A stretch of 64,000 nt of DNA, from NCBI RefSeq assembly GCF_004010195.1, contig NC_057718.1:101404629-101468628 (forward strand), read 5' to 3'. The DNA comes from Chiloscyllium plagiosum (lineage: Eukaryota). This document shows, piece by piece, positions 1 to 11,455 of the stretch. The notes below the pieces were generated by a model. It had not been told where the DNA came from and searched no databases. It saw only the letters and a list, made by a program, of their open reading frames with translations. A program made the position numbers and the translations under genes. Position 1 is the stretch's first letter, and each line of letters starts with the position of its first letter.

Positions 1-654
1 TAGATGGGACCAGGAGCCTGAATGCTGCCTACCTCACTGGCATCGCCATCTTGGAAAGGATTGTGCACTGCCTTTCTAGTACGAGAACATCGTACCATAA
101 CGATAACAGCTCCAAATCCTGTGTTCTATGCAGAAATATATCTGTACACATGTTGAGTCAATGATGGCTCCAGTTGAAAATTTGTTATCACTGGAAGTTG
201 AGTTCAATTGTCAACTTGGCCCCAAGTCAGACAGATATGGTCTAATGAGTAGCAGCAAGCTGAGGTTTTTTTTTTGCTAAGAGTTTTGGTGCCTCTCTTT
301 CTCAGAGAGTTAATCAGTCAGTGGCAGACAATTTGGTCTGTGAGGATAATTAATCATTCTTTTCATTGTCTATATGTCAATGCAGCTCTTACCTCTTGAT
401 AGCCATTGGGAGAGGATAGATAACTCATTTGACCCAAACATGTTTTCATCAGGTGCCTAGTGTGATGCATGTTGGAAGTTCCAGCTGCTTCACTTCCCCA
501 GCCCTGGCTCATGTTTACATTAGTCCCTGTAACTTGAATGCAACTTGAACCACTTAGTTTTCCACTTTATTCTTTGTTTTTACTCATAGAGGCATTGGAC
601 AGTACAATGCTAAATATTTTTGTTAAAAATTGGCCAGTTAAGTGAGCACCAAAG

Positions 655-790
655 TAATGGTGACACAAGAAAAATCCTTTATCACCCAGCCCGAGTAGTT
701 AGGGTGTGGAATGCACCGCCTGGAAACGTGGGGGAGGCAGGTTCACTTGAGGCATTCAAAAGGAACATTGGATGTCTTTTTGGATAGCAA
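655..790 (+). mobile_element. Old CR1-type LINE 3' fragment
   Basis: Degenerate FTQRVVRVWNALP-type tail (cacccagcccgagtagttagggtgtggaatgcaccgcc...gcattcaaaagg), shared with other CR1 copies in the window. Confidence 0.6.
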
Positions 791-885
791 TAAATGCAGA
801 GAGTACTGGAGAAACTCAGCAGGTCTGGCAGCATCTGTGGAGAGAGAGGAACAGAATTAACGTTTCGACTCTTCTTCAGAACTGG
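790..885 (-). mobile_element. PLE family B terminal fragment with partly deleted hammerhead motif
   Basis: ctggagaaactcagcaggtctggcagcatctgtggagagag...ttaacgtttcgactcttcttcagaac. The reverse complement gives CTGAAGA-A-GAGTC-GAAACGTT, lacking the 3' half of stem II. Confidence 0.65.
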
Positions 886-1059
886 AAGGTATTGGGAAAA
901 TAGATTGTTTTTTTATACTTTTGAAAGAGGCAGAGGATGAGCAAGAGGACATTTGGTGTAGAGGCCCTGTCCAAAAGACAGAGGTTGTAATCATGGAAAA
1001 AGGAAAACAAAATGTAAAATGGATGTAATTCTTTCACTGTGTGACACGAATGTTACTGA

Positions 1060-2060
1060 CCACTTTTACGTCTAAGTCTGGATATTGTCCAGGTCTTGCT
1101 ACATTTGGGCATGAGCTGCCTCATTGTCTGAGGAGTCATGAATGGTGCTGAACATTGTGCAATCACAAAACAGATATCCCCACTTCTGACCTTTAGATGG
1201 AGGGAAGGTCAATGATGAAGCAGCTGAAGATGTTTGGGCCTAGGACACACTACCCTGCGGAACTTGTGTTGCTGTGGTAGTGTTCCTACTTCTGAGCCAG
1301 GAGCCCTGGGTTCAAGTCCCGACTGCTCCAGACACGTGGAAGAACATAATTAGTCATGGTTAATCGAGAATATCTACCCTGAGGAATTTCTGAAGCGATG
1401 CCCTGGAACTGAGATGACTGACTTCCAACAACCACAACTATCTTCCCATGTGCAGGTATGACTCCAACCAGCAGAATGCTTTCTCATTGATTTTAGTATT
1501 GATAGGGCTCCTATGATGCCATGTTCAGTCAAATGTAGCCTTGATATCGAGGACTATTGCTCTCCCCTCACCTCTGGAATTCTGCTGTTTTGTCCATGTT
1601 TGAACCAAGGCCGTAATGAGGTCAGGAGCTGAGTGGCTCTGGGGGAACCCAAACTGGGCATCACTGAGCAGGTTATTGCTGAGCAGGTGCTGCTGGATAG
1701 CACTGTGGACGATCCCTTCCATCACTTAACTGATGATCGAGAGTAGACTGATGGGGGCAGTAATCGGCCGTGTTGGATTTGTCCTGCTTTTTGTCTACAG
1801 GATACTTTTGAACATTGAGGCAGGTGCACATGTTGACGCTGTACAGGAGCAGCCTTGGTAGTGGTTCGGCAAGTTTGAGAGCAGTGTTATGGAAATATTG
1901 TCAGGGCACATTATCTTTGCAGTATCCAGTGCCTCCAGCCATTTCTTGGTATCATATTGCGTGAATTGAATTGGCTATAGACTGGCATTTGTGATGCTGA
2001 ACACCTCTGGAAGATGCACTTGCAGCTGAAGCTGGATGCAAATGCTTCAGGCTTCTCTTT
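1060..2060 (-). mobile_element. LINE (L2/CR1 group) reverse-transcriptase fragment, degraded
   Basis: ORF 1525-1725 reads HLLSNNLLSDAQFGF..HSAPDLITALVQTWT...LDIKATFD, the non-LTR RT QxGF and LDxxxAFD motifs. Flanks continue the element with stops and frameshifts. Confidence 0.8.
1266..1373 (+). mobile_element. Short (~110 bp) tRNA-head SINE inserted in the LINE
   Basis: tgtggtagtgttcctacttctgagccaggagccctgggttcaagtccc (B-box GGTTCAAGTCC). Flanked by a 16-bp duplication with 2 mismatches: ctaccctgcggaactt 1250-1265 and ctaccctgaggaattt 1374-1389. Confidence 0.7.
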
Positions 2061-2158
2061 CACACTCATTCATTGTTTTACACATAACCCTTGTACTGCA
2101 TGTAACTGGAAAGGCCCTGAGGTCCAGAATTCCTTTTCTAACCCTCTCCATGTTTCTA

Positions 2159-2725
2159 AGAACAAAGCAGCCTGCTTGATTGGCACCACCACTCCCTTTA
2201 CCACCAGAGCTCAGTAGCAGCAGTGTGTACTATCTACAAGATGCACGGCAGAAATTCAGCAAAGATCCTCAGACAGAACCTTCCAAACCCATGGCCACTT
2301 CCATCTAGAAGGACAAGGACAGCAGCTAAATGTGGTAATACCACCCCCTGCAAGTTCCGCTCCAAGCCACTCACCATCCTGACTTGGAAACAGGAGAAGG
2401 TGAGGACTGCAGATGCTGAAGATCGGAGTCGAGAGTGCAGTGTTGGAAAAACACAGCAGGTCAGGCAGCATCCAAGGAGCAGGACGTTTCGGGCATAAGC
2501 CCTTCATCAGGAATGAGCCTGACCTGGAAACATGTCGTTGTTCTTTCGCTGTCACTGGGTCAAGATCCTGGAATTCCCTCCCCAAAGGCATAGTGGATCT
2601 ACCTACAGCACATGGACTGTAGTAGTTCCAGAAGGCAGCTTACTCCCACCTTCTCAAGGGGCAACTAGGACGGGCAATAAAAGCTGGGCCCAGCCAGTGA
2701 TGCCCAAGTGCCACGATTAAATAGA
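2159..2725 (+). mobile_element. 3' end of L2/CR1-group LINE, interrupted by a PLE fragment
   Basis: Reads NKAACLIGT...VCTIYKMH...KILRQNLPNP...SWNSLP, ending in gggcaactaggacgggcaataaaagctggg. Same family as 5028-5715, 27025-27300 and 43460-43740. Confidence 0.75.
2393..2517 (-). mobile_element. PLE family A fragment with intact minimal hammerhead core (2483-2510, minus)
   Basis: Reverse complement reads attc-CTGATGA-A-GGGC-ttat-GCCC-GAAAC-GTC. 15-bp TSD with 1 mismatch: cctgacttggaaaca 2378-2392 and cctgacctggaaaca 2518-2532. Confidence 0.8.
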
Positions 2726-2894
2726 AATTTTCATTACCTCCTTTTTGAAGCTACTTACAACCTACCTCTTTGACCAGGTTATTTATCATCTGTGCAAGTA
2801 TTTCCCTAACACTCTGATGAAGACCGTTGGGATGTTTTATCGTGTTAGAAGTGCTATTTAAATACGAATTGTTATGGTCACACACTGCAGTGAA

Positions 2895-3235
2895 AAGATG
2901 GCAGAGTGCAGATGTGACTGGATTATGAATCCACAAGTCTAGGCTAATGCCTTGGACCCGTGGATTCACACCCCACCACAGCAGCTGCTGGGAATTAAAT
3001 TCAATTAAATTTGCAGCATAACACTAATCTCAGTGACTATAGCAACTATCATTCCATGTTGTAAAAACCCATTTGGTTCAATACTGTCCTTGAGGGAATC
3101 CTTTTCCCAGTCTGTCCTTGATATGAATCCAGACCCCAGCTGAAATCGCCAGGGAACACACTCAGTTCAAAGGCAATTGGGAATGACACCAGTACCAACC
3201 TTTACGTGCAGTGCCCTATCTGTGAAAGTAATTCG
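2895..3235 (+). mobile_element. tRNA-derived SINE, family 2, degraded
   Basis: tgactggattatgaatccacaagtctaggctaatgcc...gtaaaaacccatttggttcaatactgtcc...aaggcaattgggaat, homologous to the clearer copies at 16760 and 47505. Confidence 0.6.
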
Positions 3236-3364
3236 AAAACAGAGTAGTGCACAGGACAATATTGAGAAACTGAGTTTGTTCTGGCTTGATACACATGTAA
3301 CTATGAGCAATGAGATTTAGAAATTGTGTCTGCACTGTCCATATTGAACAAGGCATCAAATAAA

Positions 3365-3555
3365 ACGGTAAAGTCCTCCTGGACTAGAGGGTAGCTGTCT
3401 CATTAGCGAGAGATGACTGATGGCTGTTTAGCCTGAGGGTCACCATACCTCAGGTGATGGGAAGGGTTGAGAAGGAGGTCACCTCAGCCAGTGCAGGAGT
3501 GGAACCCATGCTGTTGGCATCGCAAACCAGCCATCCAGCCAACTGGACTAACCGA
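3365..3555 (-). mobile_element. tRNA-derived SINE, family 4
   Basis: Reverse complement starts tcggttagtccagttggctggatggctggtttgcgatgccaacagcatgggttccactcc. Homologous to 32300-32500 and 57235-57395. Confidence 0.6.
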
Positions 3556-3742
3556 TCATTAACTGCATGGGAGGGTGTCAACCTGTCAAAAGTAACCTAA
3601 GCGATTGTTTTTGATCCAGTTTGTAAAGAAACAAACTTGTCAGTCAAATATTTGAAATGCTTCCAGTGGTTAAAAGATGCTTCTGATTGGAGGCTTCAGT
3701 TGTGTGGCTATTGTAGTAACCAAACTGATGTGTTACATACAT

Positions 3743-3863
3743 CAAAAAGTGTGGTGCTGAACACGCATGTCTTGTCAGGCAGCATCTGAGGAGAAGGAGA
3801 GTCAGGATAGCACCACACTCTTTAACTCTGATCTCCACCATCAGCAGTCCTCACTTCCTCCTC
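3743..3863. mobile_element. PLE family A short fold-back relic
   Basis: aagtgtggtgctg...gtcaggcagcatctgaggag then agcaccacactc...gcagtcctcacttcctcc. Flanked by ctgatgtgttacatacat and ctgacgtgttaggtacat (18 bp, 3 mismatches). Confidence 0.6.
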
Positions 3864-5027
3864 CTGACGTGTTAGGTACATTGTGTTGAGCTTACACACT
3901 CCTCGCATCAGCTTTAAGGTTTTGGTTATCAACGCGTGCAGTGGAATTGGTCAGTTGAAGCTGCACTCCCTATTTTTTTCTGTTTTAGACCACCTGTGAT
4001 GTTGTCCTTAGTACAAAGAGGTCTCCACTTGCCGGTGAGTAAGGAGTGGGCAGGTGCGCATTATCAAGCTACCTTCCAGTTGAGGTTTCAAAAGAAAAGA
4101 TCAAAGAGAACTTCTAAGATGTTTCCATGCCTGAAAGACAGAGCTTCTCATTCCAGGTTCTTTAAAAGCATTCTGAGGATTACCTGAGTTCGCACTCAGC
4201 TTAACCCTTTTTAGAAAATGCAGTTTATTATGGATTCTCTCAGGGACAACAATATTCTTTGAAATGCTTTGTTGAGGGCAGGCATGGTAACATTGGCAGT
4301 AGGGACTGGATCCTGAGAGACTTGAGGCAGAGTTATCAGCCGGGGTTTTTAAAAAGCTATCAAATCTAAGAAGTTATGCCAAATTTGTTTATTCCAAAAT
4401 ATTATTTATCATCTCAAATATACATCAAGAGCAACCTAATGAGTGTTGAATTGGCACTATAAAACATTTCATTACTGGAGAAATTGCATTACATACAGAG
4501 AATTTTGTATGAAAGTCAAAGCCATTAGTCACAGAACCTTCTGAACTTAATTAACGATCATTTCCAACTCAAAATGGGAGAGTGTTTTATTTCAGCATTG
4601 CATGTAATAAATTTATAATCCCATTATTCACAATAATTCTGTACACAACTACACAAAATAAACCATTCTGCCACTTTTGCAAATCCAATAAATATTTGCT
4701 AACACAGATTACTAATAAAGCCCATTTCGTTTCACAATATTCCCTTTACATCTGCCTTCTGTTGAGTGTCACTAAAATCCGACAAGTTTTTGAGAATAAT
4801 TGTGAGGGGATGCGTTACATCATATGCCATCTTATTGTAATCCTCAGTATGTCAGGCAACACCTGTGGAGAGAAAAGGGAAGGAAGAAAAGACTTATATT
4901 TACATTTCACGTCTCAGTCACCGAATGCCTCAAATACGTTCCAGCTCATGCATTATATTTTTGAAGTGTAGTCACTGTTGTTACAAAAAAGGTAATCCAT
5001 TTGCACACAGCAAGATCCCACAGCCAG

Positions 5028-5715
5028 ACACTGACTCCCCAAAGCCTGTCCATCATCGACAAGGCACGGGTCAGAGGTGTGAGGGAATATTCCCCACTTG
5101 CCCTGGATGGGTGCAGCTACAACAACACTCAAGAAGCTCGACACCATCCAGGACAAAGCAGTCCCCGATTGATTGGCACCGCATCCACAAACATCCACTC
5201 CCTCCACCACCGACGGTCAGTAGCTGCAGTGTGTACCATCTACAAGATGGACCGTAGAAATTCACCAAAGATTCTTAGGCACCACCTTCCAAACACATGA
5301 TCACTTCCATCTAGAGGGGCAAGGGCAGCAGACACCTGGGAACACCACCTCCTACAGGTTCAGAAACAGAAATTGTTGGAAAAGCTCAGCAGGTCTGGCA
5401 CCATCTATGAAGAGAAATCAGAGTTAACGTTTCAGGTCCAGTGACCCTTCCTCAGAAAGTCCAATTTGCAACATCCGCAGTTCTTTCAGTTTTTAACTCC
5501 TGCAAATTCCCCTTCAAGCCACTCATCATCCTGACTTGGAAATATATGGCAGTTCCTTCAGTGTTGCCTGGACAAAGCCCTGGAGCTTCCATCTGAACAG
5601 CACTTCAGGTGTATCTCCAGCACATGGACTGTAGCGTTTCAAGAAGGCAGCTCACCACCACCACCTCGAAGACAATTAGGATCAAGTAATAAATGCTGAC
5701 CCAACCCGCGAATAA
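5028..5715 (+). mobile_element. 3' portion of L2/CR1-group LINE, interrupted by PLE family B
   Basis: ORF 5001-5300 reads LTPQSLSIIDKARVRGVREYSPLA...HSLHHRRSVAAVCTIYKM, a LINE ORF2 C-terminus. The tail is ctcaccaccaccacctcgaagacaattagg...aataaatgctg. Confidence 0.8.
5360..5496 (-). mobile_element. PLE family B fragment with intact minimal hammerhead core (5426-5455, minus)
   Basis: Reverse complement reads CTGAGGA-A-GGGTC-actg-GACCT-GAAAC-GTT-aactc. Nested inside the LINE. Confidence 0.75.
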
Positions 5716-5734
5716 AAGATTATTTTATTTCGTA

Positions 5735-5990
5735 TGTGATATTGGCTGAGACACAAATATGGCCACTGACACTGGGGAAAAGGGTGTTGTGCTTTGAAAT
5801 AAAGCCTGTGGGATTTTTTTAACGCCCAGCCGAGCCAGCGGATGGAACTTCAGTTTCAATACTCACTCAAAAGGCAGCACCTCTGACAGTGCAGCACCCC
5901 TCAGTGCTGCAGGAGAGTGTCAGCCTAGAGGTTTGTGCTAAAGCCCAGGGGTGGGACTTGAACCTGGAATCTGGTGATTCAGGAGTGGGC
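5735..5990 (-). mobile_element. Deu-domain SINE (SacSINE1/AmnSINE1-like)
   Basis: Reverse complement contains ggttcaagtcccac...ctaggctgacactc...gcactgaggggtgctgcactgtcagaggtgctgcctttt, a Deu-like core. Its L2-like tail is at about 4885-5025. Confidence 0.65.
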
Positions 5991-6084
5991 TGATGCTATG
6001 TTATTGACTTGAAATGGTCACAGATGCTCCCTAAGCCGCTGAGTGATTCCAGCAATTCCAGATTTCTGGCATCTGCTACATTTG

Positions 6085-6400
6085 ATTTTGACTTCGTAGA
6101 ACAGGCCCCTTGACCCAATAAGTCCACACCAACCTTCGGACGTGTATCCCACCAAAACTCATGCCCCATTACTCTACAGTTACCCCTGACTAATGTGCCT
6201 AACGTACACATCCCTGAACACTGTGGGCAATTTAGCATGGCCAACTTACCTAACCTGCACACCTTTGCCTTGTGGGAGGAAACCGTAGCACTCGGAGGAA
6301 ACCCATGCAGACACAGGGAGAATGTGCAAACTCTACATAGACAGATGCCCGAGGCTGGTATCGAACCCAGGTCTGTGGTGTGTGAGGTACCAGTGCTAAT
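6085..6400 (-). mobile_element. HE1-type V-SINE
   Basis: gggcaatttagcatggccaac...ctgcacacc...gtgggaggaaaccg...tgcaaactc...gaacccagg is the reverse complement of the HE1 V-domain and tRNA head. Confidence 0.85.
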
Positions 6401-7656
6401 CTTTCATTTGAGCCGCTTTTATCTTATCTTCTCAGCCTCCCTGCACCCTTCTGTTGCTAGGCATTGTACAGTATTCGTTAAGTAAGTTAGTGGTACATAG
6501 TTTATTGATCTTTTGCAAACTCCAACAGCACCATTCTAAATGGCCCAGTGGGTTAGCAAAACTGCTGCCAGTCTTTTTTTTAACTTCCTTCTTCTACTGC
6601 ACATCTTTATGAAGCATTCACAATTTGTCTTTTTCTCCTGCACGTAGCATGTTATGCGGGGTGTAGGCGATCGTACAGGCTTGCGTTTTTAATTCTTGCA
6701 GCTTTCATTATTTTTTGAAGGTTAATTCATTCCTTAGGACACATCAACCCACTCAGATCATTATTAGCTGTATCAATATTGATGCACCTGATAATGATCT
6801 GAAATTGTGGATCAAAAATGCCTTGAAGAAATCAACTCTGTAATAGTGAAGGCAGAAGGACCTCTAATAAAATCACACTGTGTACTCAATGGAGAGGGAG
6901 GTATTTTTATGAGAGTGAGTTATGTTGGGAAGGAGTCTATATGCTGACAGTTGCGTATGTAAATAAGTTTGCTTTTGACAACAAATTAATTATCTGTTGA
7001 AGTTTGCATATTTAAACTGCTGTCATTAATATGCATACTGACACATAGACTTCTTCAAAGCCAGTGCTTTAATGAATGATCCAGTCAGTTTGACAGTAAA
7101 ATATGCAATGATTCATTAAAGTAGAAGGTGGCAGCTTCCTATCTCTGCTCCTTTCATCAAGACATAAAACACAAATGACATTTAAATTGGGCACAACCAG
7201 CCAAATTGTGTATTTTTGATGTATAAGTTTGCTAGATGTAACTCATGTTGCCTTTACCTCGACTGCTTTTGAACTGCTTCTTTTGTGTCCTCCTATCCTT
7301 GCTGCATTCATACACACTTCACTGTTAATGTTCCATCTAATTCCCGATGAGGGCAGCTGATGTAAATCCAAATATCCACTCCCCTACTTATGTGTTTCTT
7401 CCTTCCACAACCTCTCAATATCCTCCACTCCTCTATCCTCTTTTCTGATCCATTTGTCTCCATGTAGCTATCCTTGCTTTCAAAATCCAGCTTGCCTGTT
7501 ATTAACAAAATGAAAATTGGAATGAGGAAAGACAGTCTTTTTCTCTGCATGTAGATGTCTCTCAAAAAAAAATCCATTGTTCCCAATTAAAATTTATGGC
7601 CAACAGGAACTAATGGATTCAAAACACAAACCTTTTTTTTAATGAACAAGAAACAA

Positions 7657-7948
7657 AACTAGAGGGCATAGGTTTAAGGTGAGGGGGGAAAGATTTATAA
7701 GAGACCTAAGGGACAACTTTTTCATGCAGAGGGAGGTGTGTGTATGGAATGAGCTGCCAGAGGAAGTGGTGGAGGCTGGTACAATTACAGCATTTAAAAG
7801 GCATTTAGATGGGTATATGAATAGGAAAGGTTTTGAGGGATATGGGACAAATGCTGGCAAGTGGGACTCGATTAATTTAGGATATCTGGTTGGCATGGAT
7901 GAGTTGGACCGAAGGGTCTGTTTCTGTGCTGTATAGCTCTATGACTCT
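7657..7948 (+). mobile_element. HER1/CR1 LINE 3' end
   Basis: TRGHRFKVRGERFIRDLRDNFFMQREVCVWNELPEEVVEAGTITAFKRHLDGYM, the CR1 ORF2 C-terminus, followed by a ctctatgactc tail. Confidence 0.9.
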
Positions 7949-8091
7949 GCAGGTAAATAAAAGCCAAAGTACTGCACATTGGAAATAAAATGAGAAAGAC
8001 TATAGAAACTCATTGAGTCTGGCAGCATCTGTAGTGAGAGAAAAACAGACCAAAACACCGGTGAAATAGTTGGAGATTTTATACTGTTGTA

Positions 8092-8425
8092 AGCACGGTG
8101 GCTCAGTGATTAGCACTGCTGCCTCACAGTGCCAGGGACCTGCATACTATTCCAGCCTTGGGCGACAGTAATTGTGGAGTTTGCACATTCTCCCTCTGTC
8201 TGCATGGGTTTCCTCTGGGTGCTCCAGTTTCCTCCCACAATCCAAAGATGTGCAGGTTAGGTGAATTGGCCATGCGACATTGCCCATAGTGTTCAGGGAT
8301 GTGTAGGTTAGGTGCATTAGTCAGGGATAAACATAGGGTAGGGGAATGGATCTGGGTGCGTTACTCTTCCTAGGGTCGGTGTGGACTTGTTGGGCTGAAG
8401 GGACTGTTTCTACATATAGGGATTC
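8092..8425 (+). mobile_element. HE1-type V-SINE
   Basis: gcacggtggctcagtgattagcactgctgcctcacag...gtggagtttgcacattctccc...ccaaagatgtgcaggttaggtgaattggccatg. Confidence 0.88.
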
Positions 8426-8837
8426 TCTGCAACTCTTTTAAAAGAAAATGTTAATATTACCCTGAAGAGATGTTTCAACTCTTTCTCTGTCACTCTCATA
8501 TGTGCTCACACAGCTGCGCAGACCTCTATTGTTTAAAATAAGATCATTTAAAGTTATGAATGACTCGATAGCAAAGGTTCTATCAAATGTTCCACAGCAA
8601 TTTCACAGATATGTTTTGTAGTCTAATCACTATTGCAATGTGGAAAGCCGATGTCTGTCTTCCAATAATTTAAAACAAACTGATTTGAAACCAATTTAGT
8701 CAGTCCATTTGGTGGACAAGTTCCAGTGAATCCTAGGAACTTAATTGTGCCGTAGATGCCGAGGCTGTACAATATGCATTCAGTTAGTGTACCTGGGACA
8801 AAATTTGCAAAGACCAAACAAGGTCAAGTTAAGAGAA

Positions 8838-9069
8838 TGTAGTGATTGGACCATGCCTCAGTGAATATTATTGAGTATGAAGTCCTTGATTGGGATTATT
8901 AACCTGCGCCAATTGGGGAGCTCTGGCTGACAGATATTACCAGGAGATTCAGAAGGGCTCCTCAGTCTAAGCACTAACTCTGAGCTGGCTGCTCAGGGTC
9001 CACGTACTGTGAACAAGTAAATAAAGGGTGACTTGGTGATGGGATACCAGCCGCTGTGCAGTTATTTCA
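8838..9069 (+). mobile_element. Solo LTR (~230 bp)
   Basis: Starts TGtagtgat, ends ttattTCA, has internal aaataaa, and is flanked by gagaa and gagag. A homologous inverted copy lies at 11013-11235. Confidence 0.65.
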
Positions 9070-9648
9070 GAGAGGTTCAGGCCTTTGAGGCAAAGCTTTA
9101 ACAAAGCATAAGAAATCATAATGAACAAGTCCACGGATACATCTACAAAGAATTGGCCATGGGAAGGAAAGGTTAATCATGGGCTTTCCCCTCCAGGATA
9201 GAGTCACCCTCTTCCCACCCCCACCCCCACAAACACAGATGTACTTAGGTTGAAATTGAAGTGATCACATAATAATGTATTGGGACTTTAAGTGGGGATT
9301 GGGGTGGCGGGGGAGGAGATGGTGCGGAGGGGGTACTTAATAGCTTGACATTCAGGCAAAAGTATCACTCTGCAAAGGTTATTCAGGGAAGCAGGGAGCA
9401 ATGTTTTTTACACCAAATCCTCAATATCCATAGGGGATAGAAGCATGGATCTCTCAAGAATAAAGAAAAATGCAGATTTCACTATAAGAGAAATCCCCGA
9501 TTTACAGCTATCTGTAGAGGCTTTTCAATTCGGTGAAAAGCGAACATTGGGTCTGTTGCCAACTTTAAGAGTACTGATGAGGAATGTAATGAGGAGTGAG
9601 TGCAGAAAATTTTTAATTAACTAGTTCTGACATTTTGTGTGCGCACTT

Positions 9649-9847
9649 CTTGTGCAGTGGTAGTGTCCCTATTTCTGAGCCAGAAGACCATGGGTACAAA
9701 TCCTACTTGCTCCAGAATGGGTAATAACATCTCTGGATAGGCCAAATAGAAAATATCACGGCATGTTATGACACTCCTCTGGAGCAGGTGGGTCTTGGAC
9801 CTAGGCCTCCTTGTTTAGAGGTAGGGATACTACCAATGCACCACAAG
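9649..9847. mobile_element. Tail-to-tail inverted pair of the short tRNA-head SINE
   Basis: cttgtgcagtggtagtgtccctatttctgagcc...ctccaga...aataacat, followed by its reverse complement atgttat...tctggagcagg...agaggtagggatactaccaatgcaccacaag. Confidence 0.65.
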
Positions 9848-10849
9848 ATACTAAGCAATGCTTTTTTTGTCTGCTCAATACAAAATTATCAAGCAAAGAA
9901 AATGTAAAGGTTTAGCCAGCTGAAGAAAAATGATGACAGTAGGTCCACTAACTTAATCTTTTCTGATTTTTTTTGCGTATCAATCTCAGCCTCTGGAGAG
10001 ACTCTTGAACATTAAGCAGTTCTTCCAAATACTCATTTATAGACTTCTTGTGAAGATACCTGGGGGATAAAAGAATGCAAATTCAAATCCTTAATGAAAT
10101 TTGCAAACCTAGCACTGGATGTGTTGCTTGCAAACACCATTATTTTGCTCTCACTTCACAACGCTGAAAGACCCATTTGTTTGCCAGTGAAACATCATGC
10201 AAACCTGAAATGTTTTGCCTGCTCATGGCAAATTAAAGTCCAATCACATTTCAGTCTGCCGCATCATTCTAATCATCTGTTGGAGTAAACATAAGGCATG
10301 GGGGATCTTAATTTATGCAGGATCACGACCATGTTTTTAAATAAAACATTTACATTAGATTGCATCTAATGACTGAAGTTAAACAATTTGAAATTAAGAT
10401 AAATAATGTGTCACCCGTGTCTTTGGACTTGTGTGATACCTATGTTTGAAAAAATTGTATTTTAAACATATTTTTTGCATCAATAGATGACAAATATATT
10501 TTCAGTCTTAATATCTCCATCCTCTGTTGCAACAGTCTTATTGATTTCCTTTTGTGGATTCCTTCACCCAATGAATGCAATACTGCCTAGGATTAGAGTG
10601 AGCATGGAAATATGTGTCTTTTGTGCCCTGGGATGGTATTTACCCATTTGATGTTCAGCGACTATTGCATCGCATTGCCCCCCCTTGGGGTGCATGCTGA
10701 AAATCTACTGACTCCTTATCCACATTCTTTAATAAAATGGAGAGGTGGGTTACTCAGGAGATATAATGTCCATATGTGTTGGCACACACCCAACCTCTAA
10801 TCACCCTGAAACTGCATGAAGATTTTCTGTTCATCTGGGTCAGTTGTCA

Positions 10850-11455
10850 AACTCTTACAGAGCATTTTAGGTTCAAATCCCACTCCAGAGAATTGAGCAT
10901 CAGAGTCTAGGCTGTTATTGCAGTACTGAGGGAGTGCTGCACTGTCTGAGGTGCTGTTTTTAGATGAACATCTTGTCTAAACTCAAATAGATGAAAAAGA
11001 TTTGTTGGTACTTACAATAACTTCACAAAGGTTGGTGTCCCGTCACCAAGTCACCCTTTATTTACTGGTAGTTTGTACACGGGCTGTGACCAACCATCTC
11101 TGAGCCAGTCCCTTGAAACAGGAGACTCTCTGAAATCCTGTTTATGCCTGTCAGCCAGGGCTCCCTGATTGGCCCAGGCTAACATCAGTCAAGGATCTCA
11201 TAGTCAGTAAGATCCACCTGGTTGGAATCACTGCAGAACTGTTTGACAGTGAGCAAGAATTTTAACTCCTCTGTTTTTTTTAACTCTATTGGTGAAAATG
11301 CAGATGATCTGTTTGATGGAGCCTCCTGTGCACAAATTGGTTGCTGCATTTCCTGCAACACACCAGGGGCTAGCTTCAAGAACACTTTATTGACTGTAAA
11401 GTGCTTTGAGGCATCCGGATGTTGTGAAAGGCTCTTTATAAATGCTAATCTTTCG
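10850..11455 (+). mobile_element. Deu-domain SINE split by a solo LTR
   Basis: Head and core are ggttcaaatcccactccagag...gcagtactgagggagtgctgcactgtctgaggtgc. The tail after the LTR is tgactgtaaagtgctttgaggcatcc...tgtgaaaggctctttataaatgc. Confidence 0.65.
11013..11235 (-). mobile_element. Solo LTR, same family as 8838-9069
   Basis: Reverse complement reads tgcagtgattcc...gtaaataaagggtgacttggtgacgggacacc...gttattgta. Flanked by gtact and gaact. Confidence 0.65.

Noticed and set aside
8838..11235. One LTR retrotransposon or one large TIR element spanning both repeats
   Set aside because: The copies are inverted, each has its own flanking duplication, and there is no gag/pol or transposase between them.
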